Source: Cladosporium halotolerans (lineage: Eukaryota). Taken from it: DNA of 64,000 bases. The DNA is taken from the NCBI RefSeq assembly GCF_011745625.1, contig NW_027191466.1, forward strand, positions 1-64,000, given 5' to 3'. Each line of letters opens with the position of its first letter. Position 1 is the stretch's first letter. Of this stretch, positions 36,871 to 49,372 are shown in pieces. The notes beneath the pieces are model-generated. The model saw only the letters and a list, made by a program, of their open reading frames with translations. It was not told where the DNA came from and searched no databases. The position numbers and the translations under genes are program-made.

Positions 36871-37953
36871 TCATGAAGGCCGACATGGCGATCCAAACAA
36901 TCCAAAGCATCTCGCACTCCGTCGAATGTTATCCGTGGTGCCAATACCATCATGGACGGGTATTCGAACGACTTCACCTTGGTCTGCAGCTCGAACCTCG
37001 CTCAGCTCACCATCCGCTGGACGATAAGGGTCGAAAACCTCCGGGTTGACGGATATGCAAGTAATGTCTTGGTCTCGACACGCACTCATGAGCATCAAAT
37101 CAAACGCACCGCCATGTCCCAACGATGCAAGGCGCAAGACCTCTCTGGCACCCTTAGCGGATACAGCATAGGCGAAACTGCAAACCGCATTTTCGGCGTA
37201 ATGCACAGAGCGCTGACCTTCGCTGAGAACCGTAGTAATATGACGGTTGAGGCCACGATATTCGTCCAAGGGAGTGACAGAATCATCAGGCCAGACGATC
37301 ATGGGTTTTTTGCTGTCTACTGGATCGCTGCAATGGCCCATCCAGAGAACGTCCCAGTCTAATCCGTAAGGTTGCCGCCCTTCGTCATCTGAGGCCGTGA
37401 GAGCGCGGACTCCGGACGCAATGTGGCGAGTTTGATTGCGAATCTCAACATCCCAGTCCATGTCGTCTTCGAGGATCAAAGCCGAGCCCCAGCCATTCTG
37501 AAGGACCAATTTCAAAAGGTCGATGTGCCCAAGCCAGGCTAATGCAGCGCCATGTGCATCGATTGGACCGGACTCTTTGAACGCTTTGATAAGTTGATCT
37601 GGCCAGCCCGGTTGGGTTGGAATCTGGAGTTGGATCCCACTTGCTTCGGCGGCAGCCCGTAGACCATCAACCCGCCACGCTGTCCCTTGCGACAATGCGA
37701 CTATGGCCTCAAACTATGGGAATCGTGTGTCAGCGTCAAGATATTTCCCCCAGCGGACAGCACGGCCTTATCATACCCCTAAAGTCGAATTGCCTGCAGA
37801 GTAATCTTGCCCCAAAGATGGACATAGCTGCAATTCCGTTGCACAAGATGGCTTCCCAAATCCGGGGTATTGTAAGTATTTCGTCGTTTGAAAGATTAGG
37901 AATATCGAAGCAAATATGAACGCGACGAGCTGTATGGACCTCAGGGCCGGCAT
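36871..37953 (-). CDS. Glycosyltransferase family 25-like type II membrane protein, 2 exons
   Basis: N-terminal signal anchor, AGNSTLG|FEAIVALS, AWLGHIDLL, SALILEDDMDWD, PYGLDWDVLWMGHC and VCSFAYAVS. Confidence 0.82.
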
Positions 37954-39147
37954 ATCGGAAATAAAAAGCTGGAACAGTACGGATAACCACATCAATCTCA
38001 TGCTTAAATGGCCAATTTATCTCGCAACTACGGGAATGTCACTGATGCTGGCTTAGCACTCGCAGACTGTCACCCAGCGTCATGAGGGCCTCATCACATT
38101 GCTCGGAGACCAGCCCGCCCTCAATCAAGAAATGAAGCGCCGCTACCGTGTATCACGCAGCTACACGGGATAGCAAGATAGACGGGATGCAACAACGGAC
38201 ACTGTGGTGTCACCAGTATTGCCCGAGAAGCGCAAGCATCCCCGGTGGGTATGGCATTTGGGACACTTTAGAGTTTGCGATAAGCGAAAAGTTCTCGTCA
38301 CTCCATCGCTGGTACCGTCCTTCTAAGTTACCGTTACCCACTTGTCAGCTGAACCTAAAGGCGAACTTGCAGCCACAGCGGCTTAGGCAGTCTGGACTTT
38401 ACAATCTCGAGCTCTTCCAGCGCTACTCTACTGGAAAAATTCTAAACACGAGTCGTGATGTCTGCAGGTTAATGTACTTACAACTCATTCCAAGCAGCTA
38501 TGCGACCGGTGCGCAACTACCGCAAATGTAGCCACGGCCACACATGGGGGGCCGCTGTGGGCTCAACGGGAAGTCTTTGCTGGAATCCAAAAGGCAATCT
38601 GGAGGAAAGGCGTGGCGTAGCGGGTCGGTGGAGGTGGCTACGAAGCTTCCTTGGAGCCAAGGTAGCAAAACAAGGCAGGCCTGCGGCTCGGCCACGAATG
38701 AAGTACGGCGGGTATGATTCACGCAGCCACATTCGGTCCTACTTGTACCCCCGGTCCCATCATCTGCCGCTGCGGGAATGACTGGCCCAGTGATGGAGGC
38801 CACTGGACTGAACTTGCTCGGCATTCATCGCACCGATTCCACGACCGTTGTCCCGCCTCGTGGCATCAGGTTGATCATTGCGTCTTCATCGGACCCGGGT
38901 CCGGCACATTCTCACCACAACGAGAGGAATCCCCACACAAGCTAAACGACCAGGAAAATGCCTAACCCTCTTGATGACGATGCTTTCGGCAAGTTGTGTG
39001 AGCCTGAGGCTGCAGCACCTCAAGATCCGTACTTCTAGGCCGTTCGCACACGAGTCCATGCACGAGCTCAAGATCCAACCTGTATATTGAAAGACCGAAA
39101 GTCTACGAGTCGATCCCGAGTTAGCCGACGCCAAACCTTCAAGGACC

Positions 39148-40264
39148 ATGGCCGATACTGAGGCCTTGTCTAATCACAAAGCACGCAAAACTCATGCACC
39201 TCGTTCACAGAGGACCAAAGCATTAGAAAAGGGCATTGGAAATCACAATCAGCAGCAGGGGCTGAAGTCAGCTCCAGAAGCACGAAATTCTGATGCGAAA
39301 AAGAAATCTAGCCTTGGGTACATGAGGATGCCCGTCGCATGTGGTAAGTCTATATCTTGTTGTACGGAACGGCTTCGTGTCCTGCAAAGCATCTACTCAA
39401 CGCGTTGCGATTGCTAATATCGCTGTAGAGCCTTGTCGGAGACGGAAGATACGATGCATACTCGCAGAAGGTGACTCTCGACAGCGTTGTGTCACTTGCA
39501 TCCGACTCAAGAAAACTTGTGCCTTCCATCCGCCCGAACGACAGCATAGCTATACCGGCCGGTTTCAGACTTCGGACAACGCCAGGCTTATAGTTGATAC
39601 ACCTGTCGAAAAGTCATCGTTTCTCGCCGGACATTACTCAGGATGGGCTCTCGGGAACGGTGAGCAGCTGGACAGCTCTCCCACCTCAACTTCCAATGCG
39701 TCGTTCTCGTCTACCCACTCATGGTTTGGGCCTTGGAGTGTGCCTCCAAACGGCCGCACATGTGGTGTCTCTGGAATTGAGAATGTTTCGACGCTTCCTT
39801 TCGATTTCCAGTCGAGTCTTGCAGACGGCTGGGAGCAACGGAACCATTTTGGCAATCAGTCCTATTGGCCAGCCTTACGCGGAGAGGATGGCTTTTCAGA
39901 GCATCAGCCGCTCCTCAAATTCATGGTACTTCCAGACGGTTGCGCTCAATTGGCCAGTGGAGATCCTGCTGCGTATCAACCACCACCATCTCAAAACTCG
40001 GCGTCCCTACCCTCGTTCACAATCCCTTTTGACCAAACGTATCCTCCGGAATTCCAGATGAAGCCACCTCCAGCCCCCACCGCGAGACAGCTTTGTCACC
40101 AAGAGCTTTTCACATCGGAAGACCCTACTTGCCAGACCCTCCCACGAGAAGCTTCTCAGTTGGAAAGCATGCACGCCACACCCGAAAACACAAAAGAGCA
40201 AAGTCAAAACTCGTCTGGTCTACCACTGAAGCTAGACGGAGAGTTGTACAAGCGACGCTCGTAA
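39148..40264 (+). CDS. Zn(II)2Cys6 domain protein with low-complexity C-terminus, 2 exons
   Basis: Splicing 39344-39428 yields AC-EPCRRRKIRCILAEGDSRQRCVTCIRLKKTC (C-x2-C-x6-C-x10-C-x2-C-x6-C). Confidence 0.8.
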
Positions 40265-41528
40265 CGCGTGCCCGGCGGAGATGCAAATCGAGCGAGTGAT
40301 GAGATTGACAGAGCACGGTTCCACCCCCCATACCCACGACCGCAATTCAGGACAAGAGGCTGGTCTGGGAGAACACAAATTCTTCTATTGGGTGCAGGTC
40401 GAGAGTAACAGACTTTAACGTCAAATGAGCACATGTAATCGAAATCCAGTTCTCTCCTCTTTCGCCATCCCCACGAATGTAATCCAACGGCAATCACGTT
40501 TGCACAGGCGTTTTCTGGGTGTCAGTCTATTCGATTCGTTCGCATAAATGATCGTCTGGGTAGTTGCAAATTTACATCAGCAGTATCCCGCGAGATTCCG
40601 CGACTCCGAGTTTGGAATTGTCAGGCTTGCAACATGGGATCTTCAGGCTGCCCATTGCCGGCTACAATCCTCGGCAGAACAAGAGGTGTCTTGAATTGGT
40701 ACTCTGAAGTATTCAACGGGTAGCATGTACGGTAGTCTGCCTCAAATGAGACGACCGCTACATCGCACAGCGATTCGTGACTCAGAGTTACGAGAATCGT
40801 CCGAAGCAGTGTGTCAGTGTCTACTCTGTCACCTCCTGCTTGCGATTTCGCGAATCGATGTGGAAGCAGTCGAGGCGTTGACTGCCGTTCACCATTCTAT
40901 GATTCTGCGAGAAGATAGTGTAGAAAATGCCAGACTGTGAATCCCGCGCGATAAGGGCATCCATACAGGATCAGAACGCGATCTTAGGAGAACAATCCAG
41001 GATAGGCTTTCTGATTTAGTCCTTGAAATCAACAAAACCAGCCAAATGTCGTTGGTTTGATCATCATGATACCTGTGAGCCTAATTATCCTCGTCCAGAC
41101 ATTCACGCGCTCAGATTTACGCTATGCAATCAAATAGAGGAACATCGTACTGGGTTCCTCAACATCTTGGTCTTACACTCTTCAGAATGGATTTTCCACC
41201 TATTAGACTGCCAGTCCAATTCGAAGACCGTTCGTGATCTGGGCTTTTCGTGTCATTGCACTTGAATATGCCACTGTGAAAATTGCACCAGAATATGTTT
41301 TTTTTGAGAGAGAGAGACAGCATGTACTATGGTGAGAATTCATGGTCCCATCAACCAAGAGATAGTCGCAACGCTGTTTCTATTGAGGGGACGAGTCTCC
41401 GCTGATCTGATCGTGCACGAATGTAATCGGACTTCGTACACATTGAGAACCCGTGAAAGAATATTCCTTCCACAGTAACAACTTCCACCCGTGAATGGAT
41501 ATGTCTCTCCCACAAAATGCGCCCGAGA

Positions 41529-42548
41529 TCAATGACATGTTCTGGCAGGCTGCGACCGCACTTTCGCCGACAGCACTGGGGATATAGAAGCTGCATCGTC
41601 ATCAATAGACCAGTTGTTCAGTTCTAGTATGTGGCTCTCAAACAAAGGGGTCAGTCCAAGGTTAGCAGATCCATATAGGGGCTCGAAAAGCTGTGCTGGA
41701 GGATGCATCCAGTTTGCATTCAGGAACTGGGCGACTTCGTTTCGAGCATCCCAGATGGGCTTTCGTAGCTCCGGATGAGTGACGAGGGCGTCGCGGATGT
41801 CGGGCCTGGTGGAAAGTGAGTGTCCGGACTAAGCTTGACAATACCTCGGCTTGTTCTCCTTACCATAGGATGAGGTCGATCCAAGATGGATGTGGAATGC
41901 TCATCTGAGCGATGGTGGGCCTCAGAAAGAACGGAACTCTCTCGTAATGGGCACTTGTTGGACTGATCAACCACTGCCGCATGAATGAGCGATGATGGCG
42001 CCGGGTCTTCTCGCTTTCACTGGGAGTCTTACACGAAGGTATCTTGTGATGAGAGTGACAAGGCCACAGGTTTCCGGCACTCCTAGGCTGCCATGCTGCA
42101 TGGCAGTTCGGGTCACGTATCGATTGAGCGTAGTAGGGTCTGATTCAATCCTGGCCACAACGAAGACTTCGTCTAGGTCGATGTCAACGTTACCGAGAAC
42201 CAGCTCAGGCTGCCAGCCATCGCAGATGAGCTGTCTTTGCTGATTGACAAAAGCGTCGAGCATTTGACATTCTGGCAATGTCTCTTGGAGATGCAAGGGC
42301 CTCAGCAGATGCATGAACGCTTCGGTGTGGTCCGTTCCTCTGCTGGCACTCTTCTTTGATCTCCTGTGCTCGGTCTCGCGCCGCTGAGGCAGGCGATTGA
42401 GTCTGAATGGCTGCATGGCGGAGGCTGCAGCTCCAGACTGTGAAATCCCATCCTCGTCGCTTCCCTTGCCGGCAGGTTCGCAAGGTCGGCTAGGCGTTCT
42501 GGTGGTGTGAGACCCCGATCTCTGAACGAAGTCGGTTTGGTCGTCCAT
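41529..42548 (-). CDS. DUF3425-like domain protein, 3 exons
   Basis: Manual splicing gives ...RYLR|WLISPTSAHYERVPFFLRPTIAQMSIPHPSWIDLILW|PDIRDAL...LNANW...LTPLFESHILELNNWSI...CH*. The 5' end is uncertain. Confidence 0.78.
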
Positions 42549-43395
42549 ACTGGTGTTGTCAATGAATTGGCCGGCTAATATCTTGAGTGAGTAGCACCTA
42601 CCTCTTTACGGCTCTGGCTCCGGTGGTCCAAAAGAATTTCGGTTGAGACGTTCGAACGCCAGGTATGTTCAGGCGACTTGGGCCACCTGCTGCAGAAGGT
42701 TGTGGTCTCAGCAAGCTTGCAGCTTTTCGGTTGATTTATCAAGCGCCGAACACTGTCAGCCGGCATCATCGGAAGGACGTGTGGTGCTCTGTCGCCGCCC
42801 TCCCGGAAAGGATGTGCGAGATCGCGAATCGAAACACGGCATTGGTAAAGCTCAATGCGAAAGAGGGCGCTCTTTTCGAAGGAACCGGCAACGGCCGCAA
42901 GCGCTCTACTTCCAAATGATGTAAAGGTGGCACACGGTCCCTACAGGTGGTTTCTGGGGTGAGCACAGTACTAGGTACCTAAAGCGGAGGACGTAACCAT
43001 GAGTGCATAGGCGACTGATTGAAGAGGGCACGAGCGGGCTCACGCTACAAGGGTTTCCCGTCCATGCACTCAACCTCCACTACAGGCCACGAAGCCAAGA
43101 CGTGGCAGCGGCAAGGAGCTACTTCCGGCTTGCGTCGACGGGACGGATGACGAACCGCGCGCCCATGGAACTTTCCTGGAGGGGTTTGACATGCGTGTAA
43201 AATGCGCCAAGCAGTGGCGACCAAGATGCAGTACTCAGTAGAAGTCGCACCAGCGCGATGGGTCACACTCGTTCATACTTCCAGCGATCTGGAGAAAGCT
43301 TATGTGATTGTTGATCTACCTACACTAGATGGTCCTGATTGGCGATGCCAGACGACCCGATCTCTGCGCAAAGATGCCACTCACGAAGCCCATTC

Positions 43396-44797
43396 TCACC
43401 ACTGCTTCGAAGAGGGCGCCGAGAAATCCATAGGTGGTAACGCATTCGGCGCACTTCTGCGAGCCGTATTACCCTCACCTGCAGGTGAAGTAGGGCTAGA
43501 GATTCCCTCCGACGTTCCTTCATCTTCCGTGATCGCAAATGTTGTCTTTTTGCTGATCTCCAGCTTTGGCGCAGCCGAGACACTTGGCGAAGCGTTCGAC
43601 TTCTGGGCTCTGCTGTTAGAGCGGGCAGGAATCTTCACGACTCCTTTGCTGGTGATCTCGTATTCCTGCTCCTCGTCGGACTGGCGCTTTTCGAAATCCA
43701 TGACCGACAGCTGATAACCGCTGTCGCCTTGAGAATGATTGTCATGGTGGCGGTCGTCGACGATGGGGTCTTGCGAGGTAAGCTCCATCCCGGTGCCCGA
43801 TTTCATTGTGTTGTTCCTTGTGTAGCGAGTGTTTGAAGAGTACTGAGAGTATATGTGACCAGTCCACTTTCGGAACGGCTTCCAAAGGACCGTCTTCATG
43901 GCTGGTGCGCAGGCGCAGATGACTGCGAGGTCAACCTCCAGGGCAGCGCAGATCCAGAGTGGGTAGGTGTACCAGGACTCGTCGTAATGGGCGATCAGAC
44001 TCATCCAGATGAATACCGTCCGAAAGATACCGCAGATTGTGACGATCACGCCTGTGGCCAACATAGCGACGACGCCTATGCGGTCTCTGAGGGGCATTTG
44101 CAAGCGCATGACGATCGGGATTGGCAGGACAGTGCACAAGAGGTCGGAGACGCAGCTCATGATGCCTGCAGCCATGGTTATGACACCTTCATCTAAGCAG
44201 TGGCTGCCCTCGATAATGTCGGGGAATTGCCAATACGCTTGTACAGGTCTGGTAAGAGAGCTTTAGCCGAGGTCGTCACGCGTGGAAAGTTGCAAATACT
44301 CACGTGCACTCGAAAACACCAACAAAAATCAACACGATGAATACAGCGATGTTGAAGGCCAGTCCGAAGTGGATTAGCCAAGCGTACCACCAGGTATTCG
44401 TGTCCTTGATCAAGCGGTAGTACAGAAGGACTAGGGAGAGCCGCGTGAAGCTGGAGGCACACACAAACATCAACTTCGCAACGAAAGCGATAATAGATGC
44501 GCTTTGTAGAGTATCGAGGTGTACGTCCCAGATGTGGCGGTCCCAGCCATAAGATTGGTTGGCGAGGAGCACAACAGCCGTCATTCCAATGGCGAATACA
44601 TAAGCAAGCAAGATCATAGCATCGTCCCATCCTGGCTTCGACAACCGAATGCGGGAGTACATGCGAACTGCGATGCTGAGTGTAACCAAGATGATGAAGA
44701 CAATGTTGATTGCGAGCAATTCATTGCCGCGAGTGACCGGGTTGACGTAGTTCGGTGCCGGCCATGCCGCGAAGACCTTCAAAGGGATCTCCCTCAT
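43396..44797 (-). CDS. PTH11-like integral membrane protein (fungal rhodopsin-like domain, no CFEM), 2 exons
   Basis: WPAPNYVNPVTRG, RMYSR...GWDD, GWDRHIWDV, SDLLCTVLPIP, EVDLAVICACAPAMK. About seven TM segments and a Ser-rich tail. Confidence 0.9.
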
Positions 44798-46632
44798 GTC
44801 GACGGTATCGCTCCTAGTAAAGACCTAGTGTTCAGCAGCAGAGACGAGTCCGTGAACCTGGTGCAACGACAACAAAAAAAGAAATGAACGAAGCTCGCTG
44901 GAGATGCTATGCGAAAAGACAAAGAGACATGGCGCCAGAACAGGACAAGGCCTCGTGCAAACCTGCAGCAGCTGTCATGTACTTACACTCTCCTTATCAC
45001 AGGCACCGATGGCTGCAGTGCATTGCGCAAAGCGTGAGGCTAGACGACGGCAGACATCTCAATCCGTAGGGGCGTTGATCGTCTGCCGTGCGCTAACATG
45101 GCCGATGGAAATGGCAGTCTGGGCGCGGTGGATCGCGATGTGATTGTGAAGACGGCAGTTTGACTCCGGTGGGCCTTGATGGGTGCGGCGACACACTCAA
45201 ATCACTTCTGCCGGCATTCGTGCGAGAGAGAAGATGGAGGCGTTGGTGAAGAAGTGGGCTTGCTGCGTCGGATTAGGTTCGCACAGTGTTCGGCCGCTGG
45301 TGCCGGCTGCAACGGCCAATCAAGGGACGCGCGAGCCAGACGATGGCGCAGATCCCCCGGCCTCGAGCTGTCGATCCTCAGGCAGCCCCGCCAGCTGGTA
45401 ATCTTCGGCGCTGACACGAAGAGAGAGACGATTCAGCCGCGACTGACTCAGCATCCACGCCTGTGCTGCGCAAGCAAAGCCTGTTCTGGGTAGTCAGCGC
45501 GAGGCCTCATGACGGGCGGAACGCCAAATTGCAAACCGCAAGCAGCCAGTCGCCGGGTCTGTGGGGCGCCCTGGCGAGATCATCAGGAGGAACAAGGTAA
45601 AAGGCACAGCAGACATGGGCCCCGGCGTGTCTGCAGAGAACCCGGACCGCAGCGCTGTCTACCGACATGCGCAGGCGACATCCATGTCACCGCAAACCCT
45701 GACCCACATGTTCACGGCACCATTCAAACGTTGTCGTCCGAACAACACGCCCATGGTCCAGCCACCGAGCGTGCCAGCCCAGTAGTTCGGGCAACTCGCC
45801 GTTGAGCGCCCTCCCATAGCGCTGCCCATCGTGGAGAGTCGGCCTGCCCCTTGCCCGGTGTGCAGGGTTCTGGGAACGGCAGTCTGGCACTACCAACGCT
45901 AAATGAGCATGGAATCGAGAAAATATCGTGATTGCCCGTAGCGACGTTGACCCAAGCTTTTGGGTGTCGCACTGATTGTAGAGCGCCAGCATGGTTGAAG
46001 GCAACAGACAAGTTGGGGTTCGAGGTAGGGTTCAAGATTGGATTCGAGTAAGCTTGCGATCTTGTGGTCCTCTAGGGATCTCCTCATCAGGTGGACTCCG
46101 TTGCGCAGCTCCCTGACTAAAACCCATCCGGAGAGGCTCCCCCACCCCCCGTACGGCCCGAATGGGGTCTCATATAAGCTTTTCGACTTGTGTTTTGGAG
46201 CACTGAGCCGCGCGTGATACTAAAGTAATTGATTATGTCCTCACGCCCCTGCGTCAGGCATGCTGTGCGATGCCAACGGTTTGAATGACAGAATCTGGTG
46301 TGCTTAGGCCACACTTCTTAGCGGCGCCGCCGATACCGCTCTCGATGAGTTCTCATGGCGGTGTTTTGAGTTAGTCACGCTCCTGTACATGTATAAGTGT
46401 GTGGTCGTTCAGGAAGGCAATTTGAGAAAAGAATCTAACTCCCGAAAGCCGCTTGAGCTCTCAAGAGTCGCGTGCGATGTAGGTTTAATACAAGCTGTCA
46501 AATGGAAGAAAATAAAACCACCTCGCATGAATTGCAAGAGCAGTAGTAACGAAGAAAAAGCAGCGAACGTCTTCGGTGGGTAAATGCTCCACCCTCACTT
46601 AGTCAAAACCGCCCGGATGTGAGCTTTGCGCT

Positions 46633-47922
46633 TTAAGAAGCATTGACAGGAGCAGGGCAGCCAAGGTCGGTCAGAGTACTACCGAGAGTAGAAGTGACAA
46701 GCTCAAGAGCATCGGTTCCGATATCAAGGACGCCATTGAGAAGACCAGGCACGGGCCAGAGTAGGAGTTGGTAGACCAAGCAGAGGGTGTCATCGACACT
46801 GATCGCAGCATCGATCTTGCCATCTTTAATAGCACCAAAGTCGAGGCCGTCGAAGTGCCCGTCAGCGGTATTACCACCGAAGAGGACAGGCTTTTCAAGG
46901 TACATCTTGAGGAAGTTCTCCACGACGCCGACGAGACCGTACGGCTCTTTACGGCTCGTCCAGCCTTCCGGAATGCTCTCGTTGTGGCCGTAGATCCAGG
47001 AGCCATCGTCCTGTTGGTGAACGCCGAAAAACGTGGCGACGGTCTCGGTAGAAGCGGATTTGCCATCACCATACAGCTCAGGCAGGAAGGCAGAAGCAGC
47101 GTATGAGATAAGACCGATAGGACCGAAGAAAAAGTTAGGGTTCTCTTGTTGAGACTGGTGCCATCGCTGGTGCTTAAGGGAGGAGATTCCGGACTGAGTA
47201 AATTGGCCTCCAGTGGTCTCGACCATCTGGGCAAAGAGGGTGACGTTCAAAGTAAAGGCGTCGCCTTCCGCAAGGAAGTAGTCGTCGCGACTCATGGAAG
47301 CATCGACCTCGAAGTTACCGTGACCGTTCAAGCCAGGCTGACTACCGGCGATGAGCTCGACAGCGGCTGTGCGACTGGTAGCATCGCAGCCGATAGAGAA
47401 CTTCTGGCTCAACACGTCACCATCTCCTAGAACCAACGCGATCAGAGTGATAACGGTAGCAAGATCCCAGTTCATATTGAAAACATTCTGACAGGCATCG
47501 ACGGACTCCTGAAAGTTTGTAATGCCATCACGCGCAATAAAGCCGTGGTTGGCAAGCATGTTCATGCCAGGGCATGGCCCACGGATATCATTCTTGCCAG
47601 GAGCGATGAACTTATGGTCCTCGTCACCAGGCATCGGAACCTGATAGCCACCCTTTCCATTGCCGGGCAGGCCATTCTTTGCATGGCTGTAGGGGAAATC
47701 GGGGTTCCATTTCGCAGCAGGCTTGTGATCGTGGTTGAACGGGCAGTTTTTGGGGTCGGCCGCAGGATAGGTGTTGTTTTTGGTTTTCTGCTGGTTCAAC
47801 TCCAGTACTGACAAGTCTGAGAGTCCCGAAAGGTCAAGCAGCTTGCCATCACCGCCAAGGTTAAGCAAGCCCGGAAAGGCCGCAGTGGATCCAATCAGAG
47901 CCGAGATCGTAGCGACCTTCAT
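46633..47922 (-). CDS. Secreted heme-thiolate peroxidase / unspecific peroxygenase (chloroperoxidase family, long type)
   Basis: Signal peptide, DIRGPCPGMNMLANHGFI (proximal Cys), HGNFEVDASMSRDD and SQQENPNFFFGP. Confidence 0.9.
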   Translation of the reverse strand: MKVATISALIGSTAAFPGLLNLGGDGKLLDLSGLSDLSVLELNQQKTKNNTYPAADPKNCPFNHDHKPAAKWNPDFPYSHAKNGLPGNGKGGYQVPMPGDEDHKFIAPGKNDIRGPCPGMNMLANHGFIARDGITNFQESVDACQNVFNMNWDLATVITLIALVLGDGDVLSQKFSIGCDATSRTAAVELIAGSQPGLNGHGNFEVDASMSRDDYFLAEGDAFTLNVTLFAQMVETTGGQFTQSGISSLKHQRWHQSQQENPNFFFGPIGLISYAASAFLPELYGDGKSASTETVATFFGVHQQDDGSWIYGHNESIPEGWTSRKEPYGLVGVVENFLKMYLEKPVLFGGNTADGHFDGLDFGAIKDGKIDAAISVDDTLCLVYQLLLWPVPGLLNGVLDIGTDALELVTSTLGSTLTDLGCPAPVNAS

Positions 47923-49372
47923 TTTTGCGGTAATTCAAGAAAATGAATAGATTGAAAGAGAGGGAACAAGGGCCAGGGAAGCCGTCCCGCCTGGTGAGTG
48001 AAAGGGGAAGGCTTATGTATGACCTTGCTGTTGGCTCGTTGTCCAATCGAATTAAGCTCAGTCAGTAGCAAGGCTACGCGAGTAATGTATCGTGAGCCGC
48101 ATGTGAAGTACGGGCCTTGTGAAATGGCCAACTGCTTTCTGCGGGCTCATAATTTGTCCGTGGGGGTACCGTGCTGTGTATGTTTGTAGAAATGATCTCC
48201 AGTCATGGTTCAGCCGCATGGCTCTTTGATCAGGTGTACACGGCCATCCGCTCATTTGGAACCGCAGCTTTGTGTCAGGATAGATTATCTTCCCCGGTAA
48301 CAGAAGGCTTGTTATGGTACACTCTCATACGGACAAGCGCAACACACAACGCAAAGGGCCACCGTTTCCCGCTCGCAAGAGTCGTTCAATGGCGTTTCCC
48401 GCCGATCACGGAGCAGGGCAATCGTTACCAAGTTCTCGGATATGTGTCGGCTGTCAAAAACGCCACTGATGTCGCGATCATCTGATTGGCAGTGTTGGTG
48501 TGATTGGAACCCGCCATCTTGATGTCTATGCTTACCCAACGCTGAAGCGCCAAGTAGTCTGCTGCTGACTACGATCAGGAGAAACGACTGAAGGTCACTA
48601 AGCACGATCGATGTCTGCCCTAAAGACAGCCGGTCGCACGCCACGCGAACCCTCAGGGTTTGCCCGAGCCGGCTTCGGGCCCGGAAGCTTTTGTGGGGAA
48701 GCCAGTGGTGATCATCAACTAGCGCCGGTCCAGAGTTCAAAGAAAGAGGCAGACCGTTGCACTCTGCACGACTAGAACCGCTCGATGTGATGATGCCTCA
48801 GCTTAGCAGCAGGGTCTGCCTGCCTCAATCAGCCCGGCGAACGCAACGCAATCGCGTTGCTGTGATGATGAATCCCGAACGTGGCACAACGTCCAAGGGG
48901 TTTGATTGAGCTCCATAATGATAGTACCTCGTTTGACATTCCAGCTCGAGCAGCAGAAACAAAAATCACTCAATCGATTGACTATGAGGCAAGATCCGAA
49001 TCGGATGTCGGTTGCCGACGTTCTTTGATGAGGGCAAGCCCTTCACCTTGGGAATACACTAGACACGTCAGATTGTTTCGGGCGAAGAGCGTAAACAGCT
49101 TGGCTGAGGTCCGACTCTTTATGCATCAAACCAATACCGAGGGGTCGATGGCTTGCGTGTCCGGTAATCCGGTCGGTAGTCACGTTTAACAGGCTAGCAG
49201 TGACATGAGAACCCCTAACAGTCGCACTTAAGGCATATGGAGGGAGCGTCGACCACCTTTAAAGTTTCGGTATCGAGGTTGAGGGTTCCGTAAAATGACC
49301 CAGGCGAGAGAGTAGTACCGAAGGATTGATCATCCAGGTCCGGTGTGTTACCACTGTCTTTTCAAATGCTGC

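Noticed and set aside
38000..39100. Short ORFs between GT25 and the second Zn2Cys6 gene
   Set aside because: No recognisable motif or consistent exon structure, so treated as intergenic.
48785..48880. Two GTGATGA boxes with a small hairpin as a C/D snoRNA
   Set aside because: No properly placed CTGA D-box or terminal stem.
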